Under the pieces are notes generated by a model. That model saw only the letters and a list, made by a program, of their open reading frames with translations. It did no database searches and was not told where the DNA came from. From Pseudomonadales bacterium (GTDB lineage Bacteria; Pseudomonadota; Gammaproteobacteria; Pseudomonadales; JAHRWD01): a stretch of 64,000 bases of DNA. The stretch lies in the NCBI GenBank assembly GCA_019090315.1, contig JAHRWD010000014.1, positions 9-64,008 of the forward strand, read 5' to 3'. Position numbers and translations under genes: made by a program. Shown here in pieces: positions 42,895 to 56,709 of the stretch (position 1 is the first letter of the stretch; the number at the start of each line of letters is the position of its first letter).

Positions 42895-44046
42895 ATGATT
42901 CATACCCAGTGCCCTCGATGTACCACCACCTTCCGCGTTACTGATGAACAAATCAGAGCCGCTTTGGGTACGGTAAAATGCGGCCCATGCAGCCATATTT
43001 TTTCCGCTACCGAACATCAAACTTCAGAACAAAAAGCCGATCAATCCAAAACCTCGAAGGATTCTGTTGAGAATCCGGCGCCGAATGAAAATGCCGTCGC
43101 TACTGAAAATGAAGAATCACCACAACCCGTGCAGGAAGAAACTGGGGACAAACCCCAGCCTTCGGACCTGCTAAGAATCCATGCCGCCGAAATTTCTGAT
43201 GTTGAACTGAGTGATGATGCTGAACTAAGCGAAACCTTTAAGTCCCTTTCGATAAGTCAGGCTACGGCACTCGAACATACCAACGACCTGTCAGATGACG
43301 ATTTTTTGAGCTCCACTGATGACGATGATGAAAGTGATGAGGCCTGGGCCAAGTCATTACTTATGGCGCATCCGGAAACAACGATATCGTCAGAAAAAAA
43401 TAGTGTCGCAAAGCCTGAGGAAGCAAATGTAACCGAGGCTGATGTTACCGAAGCCGAGGAAGATATAGACCTGCCCGGCGATGAAATTGGCGATATCCCG
43501 GGCATCAACATTCAAATGACCGAGACTGAATTTAGCCTTGCCGACTTTGATATCGAACCTACAGCTAAAGTTAAAAAAAATGGATTGCTGTGGGCAACAT
43601 TGGCTCTGGTCGCGCTAGTTAGCCTGACAGGGCAACTCGGGTTTTTCTATTTTGAGAAGCTCGCCATCCATGAGCGATTACGACCTGCATATCAATTACT
43701 ATGCGATACGTTCGACTGTGAACTTCCGATACAACAGGACATCAGCAGCATCGCCGCCAGTGGCCTAAGTATTCGCCCACACCAAACCATTCCCGCAGCC
43801 CTTACCGTTGAACTCATTCTGACAAATAACGCTCTGTTCCCCCAGCCTTTCCCGGAGATCGAGCTGGAGTTTAGCGACCTCGACCAGCGACTCGTCGCAA
43901 ACCGAGTATTTAATCCCGATGAATACCTGAGCGGAGAAGTCACCGGGCTAGCTAAGATGCCAATGGCAACACCTATCCACCTCTCGTTTGAAATAAAACA
44001 CCCGGGTGAACAGGCTGCGAATTTTAATGTCAAAGTGGTTCGATAA
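42895..44046 (+). CDS. MJ0042-type zinc-ribbon protein with acidic linker, TM segment and DUF3426-like C-terminal domain
   Basis: N-terminal CPRC....F.V....I......VKCGPC. Contains an Asp/Glu-rich region and one TM helix (LLWATLALVALVSL). Its position between prmA and dusB is conserved, as I recall it from Pseudomonas. Confidence 0.8.
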   Translation: MIHTQCPRCTTTFRVTDEQIRAALGTVKCGPCSHIFSATEHQTSEQKADQSKTSKDSVENPAPNENAVATENEESPQPVQEETGDKPQPSDLLRIHAAEISDVELSDDAELSETFKSLSISQATALEHTNDLSDDDFLSSTDDDDESDEAWAKSLLMAHPETTISSEKNSVAKPEEANVTEADVTEAEEDIDLPGDEIGDIPGINIQMTETEFSLADFDIEPTAKVKKNGLLWATLALVALVSLTGQLGFFYFEKLAIHERLRPAYQLLCDTFDCELPIQQDISSIAASGLSIRPHQTIPAALTVELILTNNALFPQPFPEIELEFSDLDQRLVANRVFNPDEYLSGEVTGLAKMPMATPIHLSFEIKHPGEQAANFNVKVVR

Positions 44047-44111
44047 TTCCCTGGCAGCCAGTGTTTCATCCAACCATTGATCAGCTAGTCAGACGCTCCA
44101 TTACAGGTTCC

Positions 44112-45167
44112 ATGCAAACACCATCACCAACATCAATTCCACTTCCTAAAATCGGTAACCATCAACTGGTATCTCCTGTGCTTCTCGCACCGATGGTGGG
44201 GATCACCGATCGTCCTTTCCGAAAGTTAGTGATGGATATGGGGGCAGGCCTGGCGACATCAGAGATGATCACATCGAAAGTTGAACTGTGGGGAACCCGC
44301 AAAACCCAACAACGGATGATCCTGCCCGATGACCATGAGCCCCGCTCAGTTCAAATTGTGGGTAATGACCCGGAGCTGATGGCACAGGCCGCCCAACTGA
44401 ATGCAGATCTCGGCGCTCAAATCATCGATATCAACATGGGTTGCCCGGCAAAAAAAGTTTGTAAAAAAGCAGCTGGGTCCGCATTAATGCGGAATGAAAA
44501 ACTAATTGCAGAGATACTGGAAGCCGTCATCAAAGCGGTCGATATCCCGGTCACCTTAAAAACCAGAACCGGCTGGACTGAAGAGAAAAAAAACGCGCTC
44601 TCTATCGCCAGCATTGCCGAAGATTGTGGTATCCAGGCAATTGCAATTCATGGTCGAACAGGTGTCAGCCGTTTCACTGGATTCGCTGAATACGACACCA
44701 TTGCTGAAGTAAAATCACGAATAAATATACCGGTTTTTGCAAACGGTGATATCACTACAGCCAAACAGGCAAAAGTGGTGTTAGAATACACAGGCTGTGA
44801 TGCCATTTTGGTCGGGCGCGGTGCTCAGGGGCAGCCTTGGCTGTTGGGTGAAATCTCACACTTCCTGAAAACCGGTGGATATAAAAAACAATTATCCGTT
44901 TCTGAAAAAGGGAAGATTATCCAGAAACATATCCATGCAATTCACAGCCACTACGGTGAGCGCATTGGCGTCAGGATAGCCAGAAAACATATCGCCTGGT
45001 ACGCTGAACATGCTCTTGCCAGCATGAATAGTTTTGAACAATCGAAAGACAATACACACTCATTTGTACAAGACTTTCATGCGTTAACATCAGTTGAAGA
45101 TCAAAATAAATTTATCACTAATATTCTAAGAATAATCGAGCCGCCAAAAAAGGGAGCAGCAGCATGA
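44112..45167 (+). CDS. dusB: tRNA dihydrouridine synthase B
   Basis: [16 protein letters not shown]...NMGCPAKKV. The ATG at 44112 was chosen by alignment to the E. coli DusB N-terminus. The ORF track uses a GTG at 44061. Confidence 0.93.
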   Translation: MQTPSPTSIPLPKIGNHQLVSPVLLAPMVGITDRPFRKLVMDMGAGLATSEMITSKVELWGTRKTQQRMILPDDHEPRSVQIVGNDPELMAQAAQLNADLGAQIIDINMGCPAKKVCKKAAGSALMRNEKLIAEILEAVIKAVDIPVTLKTRTGWTEEKKNALSIASIAEDCGIQAIAIHGRTGVSRFTGFAEYDTIAEVKSRINIPVFANGDITTAKQAKVVLEYTGCDAILVGRGAQGQPWLLGEISHFLKTGGYKKQLSVSEKGKIIQKHIHAIHSHYGERIGVRIARKHIAWYAEHALASMNSFEQSKDNTHSFVQDFHALTSVEDQNKFITNILRIIEPPKKGAAA

Positions 45168-45454
45168 GTGAATTGGATATCGTATTGGAGCAAGACATTA
45201 CACCGGAAAACGAACCTGTAAACACTACCCATTCGTTGCGTGAAAGTGTCGAAATTGCGATGAAAAACTACTTCTCACACCTTGAAGGACAAGCTGTAAC
45301 AGATGTGTACCAGCTGGTGATGTCAGAAGTAGAAGCGCCGCTTATGGAAGCGGTCATGAAACACACCCGCGGCAATCAAACCAAAGCATCTGAAGTGCTT
45401 GGTTTAAACCGCGGTACATTACGTAAAAAACTAAAAACCTACGGTATGCTGTAA
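45164..45454 (+). CDS. fis: DNA-binding protein Fis
   Basis: C-terminal [31 protein letters not shown] overlap with dusB. Confidence 0.97.
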   Translation: MSELDIVLEQDITPENEPVNTTHSLRESVEIAMKNYFSHLEGQAVTDVYQLVMSEVEAPLMEAVMKHTRGNQTKASEVLGLNRGTLRKKLKTYGML

Positions 45455-45476
45455 ACGTTCTGCAAGTTGAAGTCCC

Positions 45477-45503
45477 GGGTATAGCAAACTGCTTGCTATA
45501 CCC
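45477..45503 (+). terminator. Hairpin downstream of fis
   Basis: GGGTATAGCAA pairs with TTGCTATACCC (11-bp stem). The U-tract is weak and distal. Confidence 0.45.
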
Positions 45504-45610
45504 GCCTCTGCCATTTTCATCTCTGGAAACTAGCACTGCCTGACCGCATCGTTTAAGCAATCCGTATTACTGTAACAACCCCTTTCACCAAATCTACAGA
45601 TACCTAACCA

Positions 45611-47185
45611 ATGAGCGAAATTGAAAATTCAGCGCCTATAAAACGTGCTTTGATCAGCGTTTCCGATAAAACTAATCTGATTCCTTTTGCACAGGGACTG
45701 CATAAGCTTGGGGTTCATATTTTATCGACAGGCGGCACCCACAAACTGCTTAACGAAAATGGAGTACCAGCCCAGGAAGTTTCTGATTACACAGGCTTTC
45801 CGGAAATCATGGCGGGGCGTGTTAAGACACTTCACCCTAAAATACATGGCGCAATTTTAGGTCGACGTGGTACCGACAACGAAGTTGCACAGAAACATGA
45901 TATTGATTTTATCGATATGGTAGTGGTAAACCTTTACCCGTTTGAACAAACCGTCGCAAACCCGGATTGCCTGTTGCCCGACGCAATTGAAAATATTGAT
46001 ATTGGCGGTCCAACCATGATCCGCTCCGCAGCTAAAAATCATAAAGATGTCACCATCGTGGTTAACAATCAGGACTATGATCGGGTATTACAGGAGCTTG
46101 AACAGAACAAAGCAACCGTCAGCGGCACAACACGTTTCGAACTGGCCTGTCGGGCCTTTGAACACACTGCCCGATACGATGGGGCAATCGCAAACTACCT
46201 TGGTTCAAGAGATCAGCAAAGCGCATTCCCTGACACCTTTAATCAGCAATTTGTGAAAGTGCAGGATCTTCGTTACGGCGAGAACCCACATCAAAAAGCG
46301 GCTTTTTATCAGGAACACCAACCCCAGGAAGCTGGAATTGCTACCGCTACCCAGATCCAGGGAAAAGAACTTTCCTACAATAACCTAGCCGATTCAGATG
46401 CTGCAATTGAATGTGTCCGCAGTTTCGATGGACCAGCCTGTGTAATTGTAAAACATGCCAATCCCTGTGGTGTCGCGGTCTCTTCCAGCTTACCCGAAGC
46501 CTATGACCTGGCATTCAAAACCGACCCAACCTCCTCATTTGGCGGCATCATTGCACTTAACGGACCACTGACCGCATCATTGGCTCAAACAATTCTTGAT
46601 CGTCAATTTGTTGAAGTGCTGATCGCTCCTACAGTTCTTGATGACGCATTGCCGATACTGGCAACCAAAAAGAATATTCGGGTGCTAGCGACGGGCGAGT
46701 GGCCGGTTCAGCGGGCAGCGGATTTTGACTACAAACGTGTAAATGGTGGGTTACTGGTACAGGATCGCGATATTGCTGAAGTAACGCTGGAACAACTCAC
46801 CACAGTTACCGATCGGAAACCCACCAAACAGGAATTGACTGATCTGTTATTCGCATGGAAAGTGGCTAAATATGTGAAGTCTAATGCGATTGTTTATGCC
46901 AAAAACGGTCAGACCATTGGTGTAGGTGCAGGCCAGATGAGCCGTATATACAGTGCTCGAATCGCTGGTATCAAAGCGCAGGATGAGGGGCTGATTGTAG
47001 AAGGGTCTGTGATGTCGTCGGATGCATTTTTCCCCTTCCGTGACGGTATCGATGCCGCCGCTGAAGCCGGCATTGCCGCGGTTATTCAACCCGGTGGATC
47101 AATACGTGATGAGGAAGTAATCGAAGCAGCTAATGAAGCAGGTATGGCGATGGTATTCACCGGCATGCGTCATTTCCGTCACTAA
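45611..47185 (+). CDS. purH: Bifunctional AICAR transformylase / IMP cyclohydrolase
   Basis: [10 protein letters not shown]...GGTHKLL...[12 protein letters not shown]..., full-length at 524 aa. Confidence 0.98.
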   Translation: MSEIENSAPIKRALISVSDKTNLIPFAQGLHKLGVHILSTGGTHKLLNENGVPAQEVSDYTGFPEIMAGRVKTLHPKIHGAILGRRGTDNEVAQKHDIDFIDMVVVNLYPFEQTVANPDCLLPDAIENIDIGGPTMIRSAAKNHKDVTIVVNNQDYDRVLQELEQNKATVSGTTRFELACRAFEHTARYDGAIANYLGSRDQQSAFPDTFNQQFVKVQDLRYGENPHQKAAFYQEHQPQEAGIATATQIQGKELSYNNLADSDAAIECVRSFDGPACVIVKHANPCGVAVSSSLPEAYDLAFKTDPTSSFGGIIALNGPLTASLAQTILDRQFVEVLIAPTVLDDALPILATKKNIRVLATGEWPVQRAADFDYKRVNGGLLVQDRDIAEVTLEQLTTVTDRKPTKQELTDLLFAWKVAKYVKSNAIVYAKNGQTIGVGAGQMSRIYSARIAGIKAQDEGLIVEGSVMSSDAFFPFRDGIDAAAEAGIAAVIQPGGSIRDEEVIEAANEAGMAMVFTGMRHFRH

Positions 47186-47293
47186 ACGCCTCGCTCACTG
47201 CTTCATCCAAATTTAAACTGCAGCACCGCCGCTAGTATTTGATTCAACACAGCGCAATCTAATAGCGGCGCAACCTACTAGAGGAATATCAAC

Positions 47294-48595
47294 ATGCCTG
47301 CCAATGTACTTGTAGTTGGAAACGGTGGTCGTGAACACGCACTTGCGTGGAAGCTTTCAAAATCAGAAAAGGTGGCCAAAGTCTATGTTGCCCCCGGTAA
47401 TGCAGGTACTGCACTGGAGCCTGGTATCGAAAACCTGGCGATCGACTCAATGGATTTTGATGGCCTGACCGCTTTTGCAAAAGCCAACCAGGTTGAGATG
47501 ACGCTGATTGGCCCCGAAGCCCCCCTTGTTGCCGGAATCGTTGATCGTTTTACTGAAGCAGGTTTGCGCTGTTTTGGCCCTTCAAAAGGCGCTGCACAGC
47601 TTGAAGCATCAAAAACGTTTACCAAAGATTTCCTCGCCCGTCACGATATCCCAACCGCCTGGTACCAGAGCTTTACTGAGGTTGAACCCGCGGTTGCGTA
47701 CATCAAGGAAAAAGGCGCTCCTATCGTTGTAAAAGCCGATGGCCTGGCCGCAGGTAAAGGTGTCATCCTGGCTGAAACCGAACAGCAGGCTATTGATAGT
47801 GTTACCGACATGCTCAGTGGCAACCAGTTCGGTGAAGCAGGGCATCGGGTTGTAGTTGAAGAGTTTTTACTAGGCGAAGAAGCCAGCTTTATCGTAATGG
47901 TGGATGGTGAAAATATTGTTCCCCTCGCCACCTCACAGGATCATAAAGCACGGGATAACGGTGACCTCGGCCCCAACACTGGTGGCATGGGTGCATACTC
48001 ACCCGCGCCAGTAGTTACCGATGAGATTCACCAGCGTGCGATGAATGAAGTAATCATCCCAACAGTCAAAGGTATGGCCGCAGAGGGCAACCGCTACACC
48101 GGTTTTCTTTATGCCGGACTGATGATCAATACAGATGGTGTACCCAAAGTACTGGAATACAACTGCCGATTTGGTGATCCGGAAACACAGCCAATCATGT
48201 TACGACTAAAATCAGATCTTTTTGAGCTATGCAGTCATGCGATTGACCAAAAGCTAAATGAGATTGATGCCATCTGGGACAGCCGTTGTGCGCTAGGTGT
48301 TGTATTGGCATCCGGGGGTTATCCTGAGCAATACGCTACCGGATTACCGATCAGTGGCTTGCCCGAACAGGATGAGAATGACGAAGATGTAAAAGTATTT
48401 CATGCCGGCACCACCGAGAAAGAGGGTGCAGTGGTAACCAATGGCGGGCGGGTACTCTGTGCAACCGCTTTAGGAAACAGTGTTGCCGAGGCGCAGCAGA
48501 AGGCCTACCAGGCAACCCGAAAAATTGACTGGAAGGATCTGTATTACCGAACCGATATCGGCTATCGAGCCATTGCCCGAGAAAATAGCCAGTAG
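47294..48595 (+). CDS. purD: Phosphoribosylamine-glycine ligase
   Basis: VLVVGNGGREHALAWKL...GPNTGGMGAYSP... Confidence 0.98.
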   Translation: MPANVLVVGNGGREHALAWKLSKSEKVAKVYVAPGNAGTALEPGIENLAIDSMDFDGLTAFAKANQVEMTLIGPEAPLVAGIVDRFTEAGLRCFGPSKGAAQLEASKTFTKDFLARHDIPTAWYQSFTEVEPAVAYIKEKGAPIVVKADGLAAGKGVILAETEQQAIDSVTDMLSGNQFGEAGHRVVVEEFLLGEEASFIVMVDGENIVPLATSQDHKARDNGDLGPNTGGMGAYSPAPVVTDEIHQRAMNEVIIPTVKGMAAEGNRYTGFLYAGLMINTDGVPKVLEYNCRFGDPETQPIMLRLKSDLFELCSHAIDQKLNEIDAIWDSRCALGVVLASGGYPEQYATGLPISGLPEQDENDEDVKVFHAGTTEKEGAVVTNGGRVLCATALGNSVAEAQQKAYQATRKIDWKDLYYRTDIGYRAIARENSQ

Positions 48596-48630
48596 TTTTT
48601 TCTTAGCACCTGCTAGCAAACCTCACCTGA

Positions 48631-48650
48631 CCACCGGTGCAAACCGGTGG
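48631..48650 (+). terminator. Hairpin downstream of purD
   Basis: CCACCGGT-gcaa-ACCGGTGG, an 8-bp stem followed by CTTTC. The U-tract is poor. Confidence 0.4.
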
Positions 48651-48732
48651 CTTTCACCCCCCCCTTCCCTTCAAAATTCCCGTTTTCACCCCGCCTACAC
48701 CAGAGTCGGATCGAACCTTCCCAGATAGTATG

Positions 48733-48870
48733 AGGCCTTTGCACGAGAGATGATTTTGCTTTCAGGCAAGGCAAAAATGCGCGCAGAGAGGGAGTTTACA
48801 TGTGTAAATGACCGATTGAGCACATTTTTAACGCTGCATGGGAGCAAAATGGCTCTTGTGCTAAGGCCTC
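48733..48870. repeat. ~138-bp imperfect-palindrome intergenic repeat, copy A (ERIC/MITE-like)
   Basis: Colinear with 57723-57860 without indels, with 19 mismatches in 138 nt. The left and right halves are inverted repeats (AGGCCTTTGCACGAGAG ... CTCTTGTGCTAAGGCCT) around the centre GTTTACA-tg-TGTAAAT. Confidence 0.85.
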
Positions 48871-49023
48871 AGTAAATCTCACTGATCTCATCATCCATTG
48901 ATCAGAAACAAAGGGTACTATTACCATTCCAGTTTTTAATGGTAGCTGTAGTAGCGCCTTAAACGTTCACTGATATTTACAAATTCATCTACAAACCCAC
49001 CACCAACCTGAGCCGAGGTTCAG

Positions 49024-52590
<3,567 letters not shown>

Positions 52591-52631
52591 CAACAAAAAA
52601 AATAGGAAATAATCGGGAAATAAAAGTAGCG

Positions 52632-53672
52632 CTAAGATTCTTCAGCTACGGCTGCTTTAGCCTGCTGATCCGCATGATATGACGACCTTACCAATGGGCC
52701 ACTGGCAACACTGGAAAAGCCTAATTCCTTGGCTATTTCGCCTAGTCGATCAAAGGCTTCCGGTGTTACAAAGCGTTCAACCGGAAGGTGATTGCGACTG
52801 GGTTGCAGATACTGCCCGAGGGTAATCATATCGACATCATGAGCACGAAGATCTTTCATCACCTCAATGATCTCTTCATCAGTTTCCCCAAGGCCTAGCA
52901 TCAGCCCCGATTTAGTGGGAATGGAGGGAAAATCCTGTTTGTGCCGTTTGAGTAGATCCAATGACCATTGATAATCCGCCCCGGGCCGAGCCTGTTTATA
53001 CAACCGTGGCGCGGTTTCCATATTGTGATTAAAAATATCAGCGGGGTGTAGCGCCATCGCAGCCATTGCCTTATCCATTCGACCGCGAAAATCCGGTACT
53101 AGAACTTCGATGGTGATAGAGGATGATCGTTGACGGATCTCCCGAATACAATCAGCAAAATGAGCCGCGCCACCATCCCGCAGATCATCCCGATCCACCG
53201 AGGTGATCACCACGTACTTGAGCTTCATTTCAGCAACTGCCTGTGCCAGCTCGGTTGGCTCATTTGAGTCCAAAGGATTGGGCCGGCCATGGGCCACATC
53301 ACAAAAAGGACAGCGTCGGGTGCAGACTTCACCCATGATCATAAAAGTCGCTGTGCCGTTCTGGAAACACTCCCCCAGATTTGGACAAGAAGCCTCTTCA
53401 CAAACCGAACTCAGTTTGTGTTTACGCAATAATTTACGTAGCTGATTCACTTCATTTGAAGCAGGAATACGCACCCGAATCCAGTCCGGCTTGCGTGGAA
53501 TTTTTTCGGTAGGGATTACTTTTATGGGGATTCGTGCAACCTTTTCGGCGCCGCGCAATTTCTCCCCCGGTTTGATTTTTTGTCGAGGTTTTTTAGCCGA
53601 AGTTTTTGCAACAGTGAGTGGCGCTGCAGCTTCGGGTTTTTGTTGGGAATCATCCTGGGGTTTGTCCATCAA
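52632..53672 (-). CDS. lipA: Lipoyl synthase
   Basis: [12 protein letters not shown] and the radical-SAM CTRRCPFC motifs. It has a ~40-aa Lys/Pro-rich N-terminal extension. Confidence 0.97.
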   Translation of the reverse strand: MMDKPQDDSQQKPEAAAPLTVAKTSAKKPRQKIKPGEKLRGAEKVARIPIKVIPTEKIPRKPDWIRVRIPASNEVNQLRKLLRKHKLSSVCEEASCPNLGECFQNGTATFMIMGEVCTRRCPFCDVAHGRPNPLDSNEPTELAQAVAEMKLKYVVITSVDRDDLRDGGAAHFADCIREIRQRSSSITIEVLVPDFRGRMDKAMAAMALHPADIFNHNMETAPRLYKQARPGADYQWSLDLLKRHKQDFPSIPTKSGLMLGLGETDEEIIEVMKDLRAHDVDMITLGQYLQPSRNHLPVERFVTPEAFDRLGEIAKELGFSSVASGPLVRSSYHADQQAKAAVAEES

Positions 53673-53693
53673 TACTCTGTTCCAGTATTTAAA

Positions 53694-54332
53694 TTAGGCT
53701 TCGGCATCGTTATATAAGCACTCGGTCAATTTTTTAAGCAACTGCTGTTCAATCTCTGATATATCCCCGTTGATTCCAAATGCACTCATCTGGGTAACTT
53801 CCAGGCCTTCCATTCCGCAGGGATTAATTTTCCCAAAGGGTTTAAGGTCCATATCGATATTCAAACTAAGGCCATGGTAACTACAGCCTTTGCGAATCCG
53901 TAATCCCAACGCCGCAATTTTTGAATCATTCACATAGACACCCGGCGCATCTTTTCTGGCTCGGGAATCAATTCCATAATCTGTAAGAAGACCGATGATA
54001 CTCTGCTCAATCAGATCAACTAACTGCCGTACGCCGAGCTTTAATCGCTTAATATCAATCAGTAGATAGATGATGAGCTGGCCGGGGCCGTGATAGGTTA
54101 CCTGACCTCCCCGGTCGGATTGCACAACCGGAATATTGTCTGGATTTAACAGATGCTCAGGCTTACCAGCCTGCCCCTGAGTGAACACAGGATTATGCTG
54201 CAAAACCCATATTTCATCTTCTGTTTGATCTGTTCGCGCTGCAGTAAATGCACGCATCTTCTCTAGCGTCTGGGCATAGTCCTGTAAGCCAAGGTTACGA
54301 ATAGTGATCATTGAGTACAGTGTAGCACCCAA
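53694..54332 (-). CDS. lipB: Octanoyltransferase
   Basis: Contains [13 protein letters not shown] and the KI.A.G motif. Confidence 0.95.
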   Translation of the reverse strand: MGATLYSMITIRNLGLQDYAQTLEKMRAFTAARTDQTEDEIWVLQHNPVFTQGQAGKPEHLLNPDNIPVVQSDRGGQVTYHGPGQLIIYLLIDIKRLKLGVRQLVDLIEQSIIGLLTDYGIDSRARKDAPGVYVNDSKIAALGLRIRKGCSYHGLSLNIDMDLKPFGKINPCGMEGLEVTQMSAFGINGDISEIEQQLLKKLTECLYNDAEA

Positions 54333-54333
54333 A

Positions 54334-54609
54334 TCACAGCACCATTTTCACCCGCCCACTTGCCTTCAGGCTTTCAAAGATTGCCGACAGCTGGTCGGTA
54401 CCGGTTGCTTCAATAGTTACGGTAACCGCATGAAATTTACCGGTGCGGCTTTCCCTGATGGTGACGTGTTGATGCTCAATTTCATTAGCGTGAATTTTAA
54501 TCGTATCGTAAACAAACATCTTAAAATCGGGTGCTGCCTCGCCCATCACTTTAATGGGATACTGACAGGGGAATTCAATTTTTGGTGCTTCTTGATCGAT
54601 GTCTATCAT
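54334..54609 (-). CDS. ybeD: YbeD family (DUF493) protein
   Basis: 91 aa with [11 protein letters not shown]. Conserved position between dac and lipB. Confidence 0.9.
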   Translation of the reverse strand: MIDIDQEAPKIEFPCQYPIKVMGEAAPDFKMFVYDTIKIHANEIEHQHVTIRESRTGKFHAVTVTIEATGTDQLSAIFESLKASGRVKMVL

Positions 54610-54624
54610 TCTGTCAGATCCTGC

Positions 54625-55809
54625 TTATTTTGAAAAAATAGAAGCAAACAGTTCAGAAAAAAACCGTTTTAACGAATCCATTATACGTTTTATAAACCCG
54701 CCTTCTTCGACATCATCCAATGCAACCAAAGGCTGTTGCGATACCAGCTTGTCATCCAGCATTACCCGAACAAAACCCAACGACTGCCCCTTTTCAACAG
54801 GCGCTTGAATCACATGATTTAATTCCAGCGAAGGTTTGAGGTTTTCATACTCTCCCCGAACGATGGTTACATACAGATCTTCGCTTAAACCCAGTTTCAA
54901 TTGATCTTCTACACCACCCCATACTCTGCCTTCATGAATCTCTTCTCCCTGGTCATAAAGCTTATGGGTTTTATAAAACCGGAAACCATAATTGAGTAAC
55001 TTCTGACTCTCCTGGGCGCGGGATTTTTCCGATTTGGTGCCCATCACAACCGATACCAATCGCATATTTTTTCGTACCGAAGAAGCTACCAGGCAATATC
55101 CTGCTTCCTCTGTATGGCCCGTTTTCAGACCATCTACGGTGCTATCAGTCCACAACAATTTATTGCGATTCGGCTGACGAATATTGTTATAGGTAAAATA
55201 TTTTTCCGCATACACTTTATAGTGATCGGGGAAATCCCTGGCTATTGCTGCACCCAGAATGGCCAGGTCCTTGGCGGTTGAATAATGATCCTCGGCAGGC
55301 CAGCCAGTCGCATTCATATAGTGAGTATCATGCATACCAAGCTCCTGAGCCTGGTAGTTCATCAGCTCTGCAAAACCATCTTCACTGCCACCAATAAACT
55401 CGGCCACAGCGATGCTTGCATCATTGCCGGACTGAATAATAATACCCTTGAGCAGGTCGCTCAGTTTTACCTGAGTACCTTCCCGAATATACATTTTCGA
55501 GCCACCCTTTTTCCAGGCCGCAACACTGATGGGCACCATATCATCCAGACTAACTCGACCTTTGCCGATTTCAACCGCAACGATATAGCTCGTCATCATC
55601 TTTGTAAGACTGGCGGGCGGCAGGCGCTGATCAGCGTTTTTGGAAGCGATCACTTTTCCGCTATAGGCATCCACCAGATAGAATGCACTGGCAGCTAATT
55701 TTGGTGCCGCAGGTACCAGTGAACCGCTTACCGCAGTAACTGAAAAAGAGAGCAAAAAAGCCAGCCCTAATGAGTTTAATAGTGGCTTTAACAGGCGTAA
55801 TTTAATCAT
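54625..55809 (-). CDS. D-alanyl-D-alanine carboxypeptidase (PBP5/6 family)
   Basis: Signal peptide, SxxK motif PASLTKMMT, SGN, KTGHT, and a C-terminal amphipathic anchor. Confidence 0.93.
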   Translation of the reverse strand: MIKLRLLKPLLNSLGLAFLLSFSVTAVSGSLVPAAPKLAASAFYLVDAYSGKVIASKNADQRLPPASLTKMMTSYIVAVEIGKGRVSLDDMVPISVAAWKKGGSKMYIREGTQVKLSDLLKGIIIQSGNDASIAVAEFIGGSEDGFAELMNYQAQELGMHDTHYMNATGWPAEDHYSTAKDLAILGAAIARDFPDHYKVYAEKYFTYNNIRQPNRNKLLWTDSTVDGLKTGHTEEAGYCLVASSVRKNMRLVSVVMGTKSEKSRAQESQKLLNYGFRFYKTHKLYDQGEEIHEGRVWGGVEDQLKLGLSEDLYVTIVRGEYENLKPSLELNHVIQAPVEKGQSLGFVRVMLDDKLVSQQPLVALDDVEEGGFIKRIMDSLKRFFSELFASIFSK

Positions 55810-55912
55810 GTAATCTCAGGATAGTGAGTATAAAAAACAGGGGTTGGTAAACCGATACAAACAGCGTGATTGTATACCAATCAGATCAGCGATGTAATCA
55901 AGCTGGTGACCG

Positions 55913-56698
55913 TTACAGGTGTGGAGCTGAAACCCGGTGGGATTGCTGAACACCCTGAATATAGAGCTTCTCTCTGGTTTGCACCAATAGCTCGGTATCG
56001 GTAAATGGCCCAACATAGACGCGATATAACAAGCGATTGCTATCGCCCCCCGGCTTCACTTCAACCGGCTGCTCGACCCACTGCTCGACGCGCTGCTTTA
56101 GCGCCTGGGCGGATTCTGGATTGGAAAAGGCCCCCACCTGAAGGTAATCATTCACAGGGCTAGCGGCTGATTCCGAATCTTTAGCCGGTGGGTCAAAATC
56201 AATCGATTCAAGCAAAACCGAAGCGGTGCCCTGATCTGCAAAATCAAGCATCAGTGCAGCCGCATAGGAGAGATCGATAATCCGTTCACTATGGAACGGC
56301 CCGCGATCATTCACCCGAACCACAACTGAACGATTATTTTTTAAGTTGGTTACCTTCAGATAGGTTGGAATCGGCAAGCTACGATGGGCTGCTGATAGTG
56401 TTCGCATATCATAAAGTTCACCGTTTGAGGTTTTGTTGCCATGAAATTTGGTGCCATACCATGAGGCGATGCCCTCTTCTCGATAGGCCTTATTGCTCGG
56501 CAATAGATGATAGGTTTTTCCCAGCACGGTATATGGGCTTCGGTTCCCACCCCTCGATATAGGTTCATACTGAGCAGTGATCGGTTTGATCTCTTCCAGT
56601 GGTACTGTTTTGCCAGGGGCACCATCTTTTTGATACTGACTGCAACCGTATAAACCCACTACGACCGCAGTAACCGCAAACCATTTACTACTCGCCAT
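55913..56698 (-). CDS. rlpA: Septal ring lytic transglycosylase RlpA (DPBB + SPOR), lipoprotein
   Basis: Lipobox VVGLYGC, the DPBB core ASWYGTKFHGNKTSNGE.YD, and the C-terminal SPOR YLQVGAFSN. The start was taken at the ATG at 56698. The ORF track uses a TTG at 56713. Confidence 0.92.
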   Translation of the reverse strand: MASSKWFAVTAVVVGLYGCSQYQKDGAPGKTVPLEEIKPITAQYEPISRGGNRSPYTVLGKTYHLLPSNKAYREEGIASWYGTKFHGNKTSNGELYDMRTLSAAHRSLPIPTYLKVTNLKNNRSVVVRVNDRGPFHSERIIDLSYAAALMLDFADQGTASVLLESIDFDPPAKDSESAASPVNDYLQVGAFSNPESAQALKQRVEQWVEQPVEVKPGGDSNRLLYRVYVGPFTDTELLVQTREKLYIQGVQQSHRVSAPHL

Positions 56699-56709
56699 AA
56701 ACAAATTGC

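Noticed and set aside
48703-48717. GAGTCGGATCGAACC (reverse complement GGTTCGATCCGACTC), which looks like a tRNA T-arm fragment or att remnant
   Set aside because: The flanking bases do not form a T-stem or an acceptor stem in either orientation. The match is too short to call.
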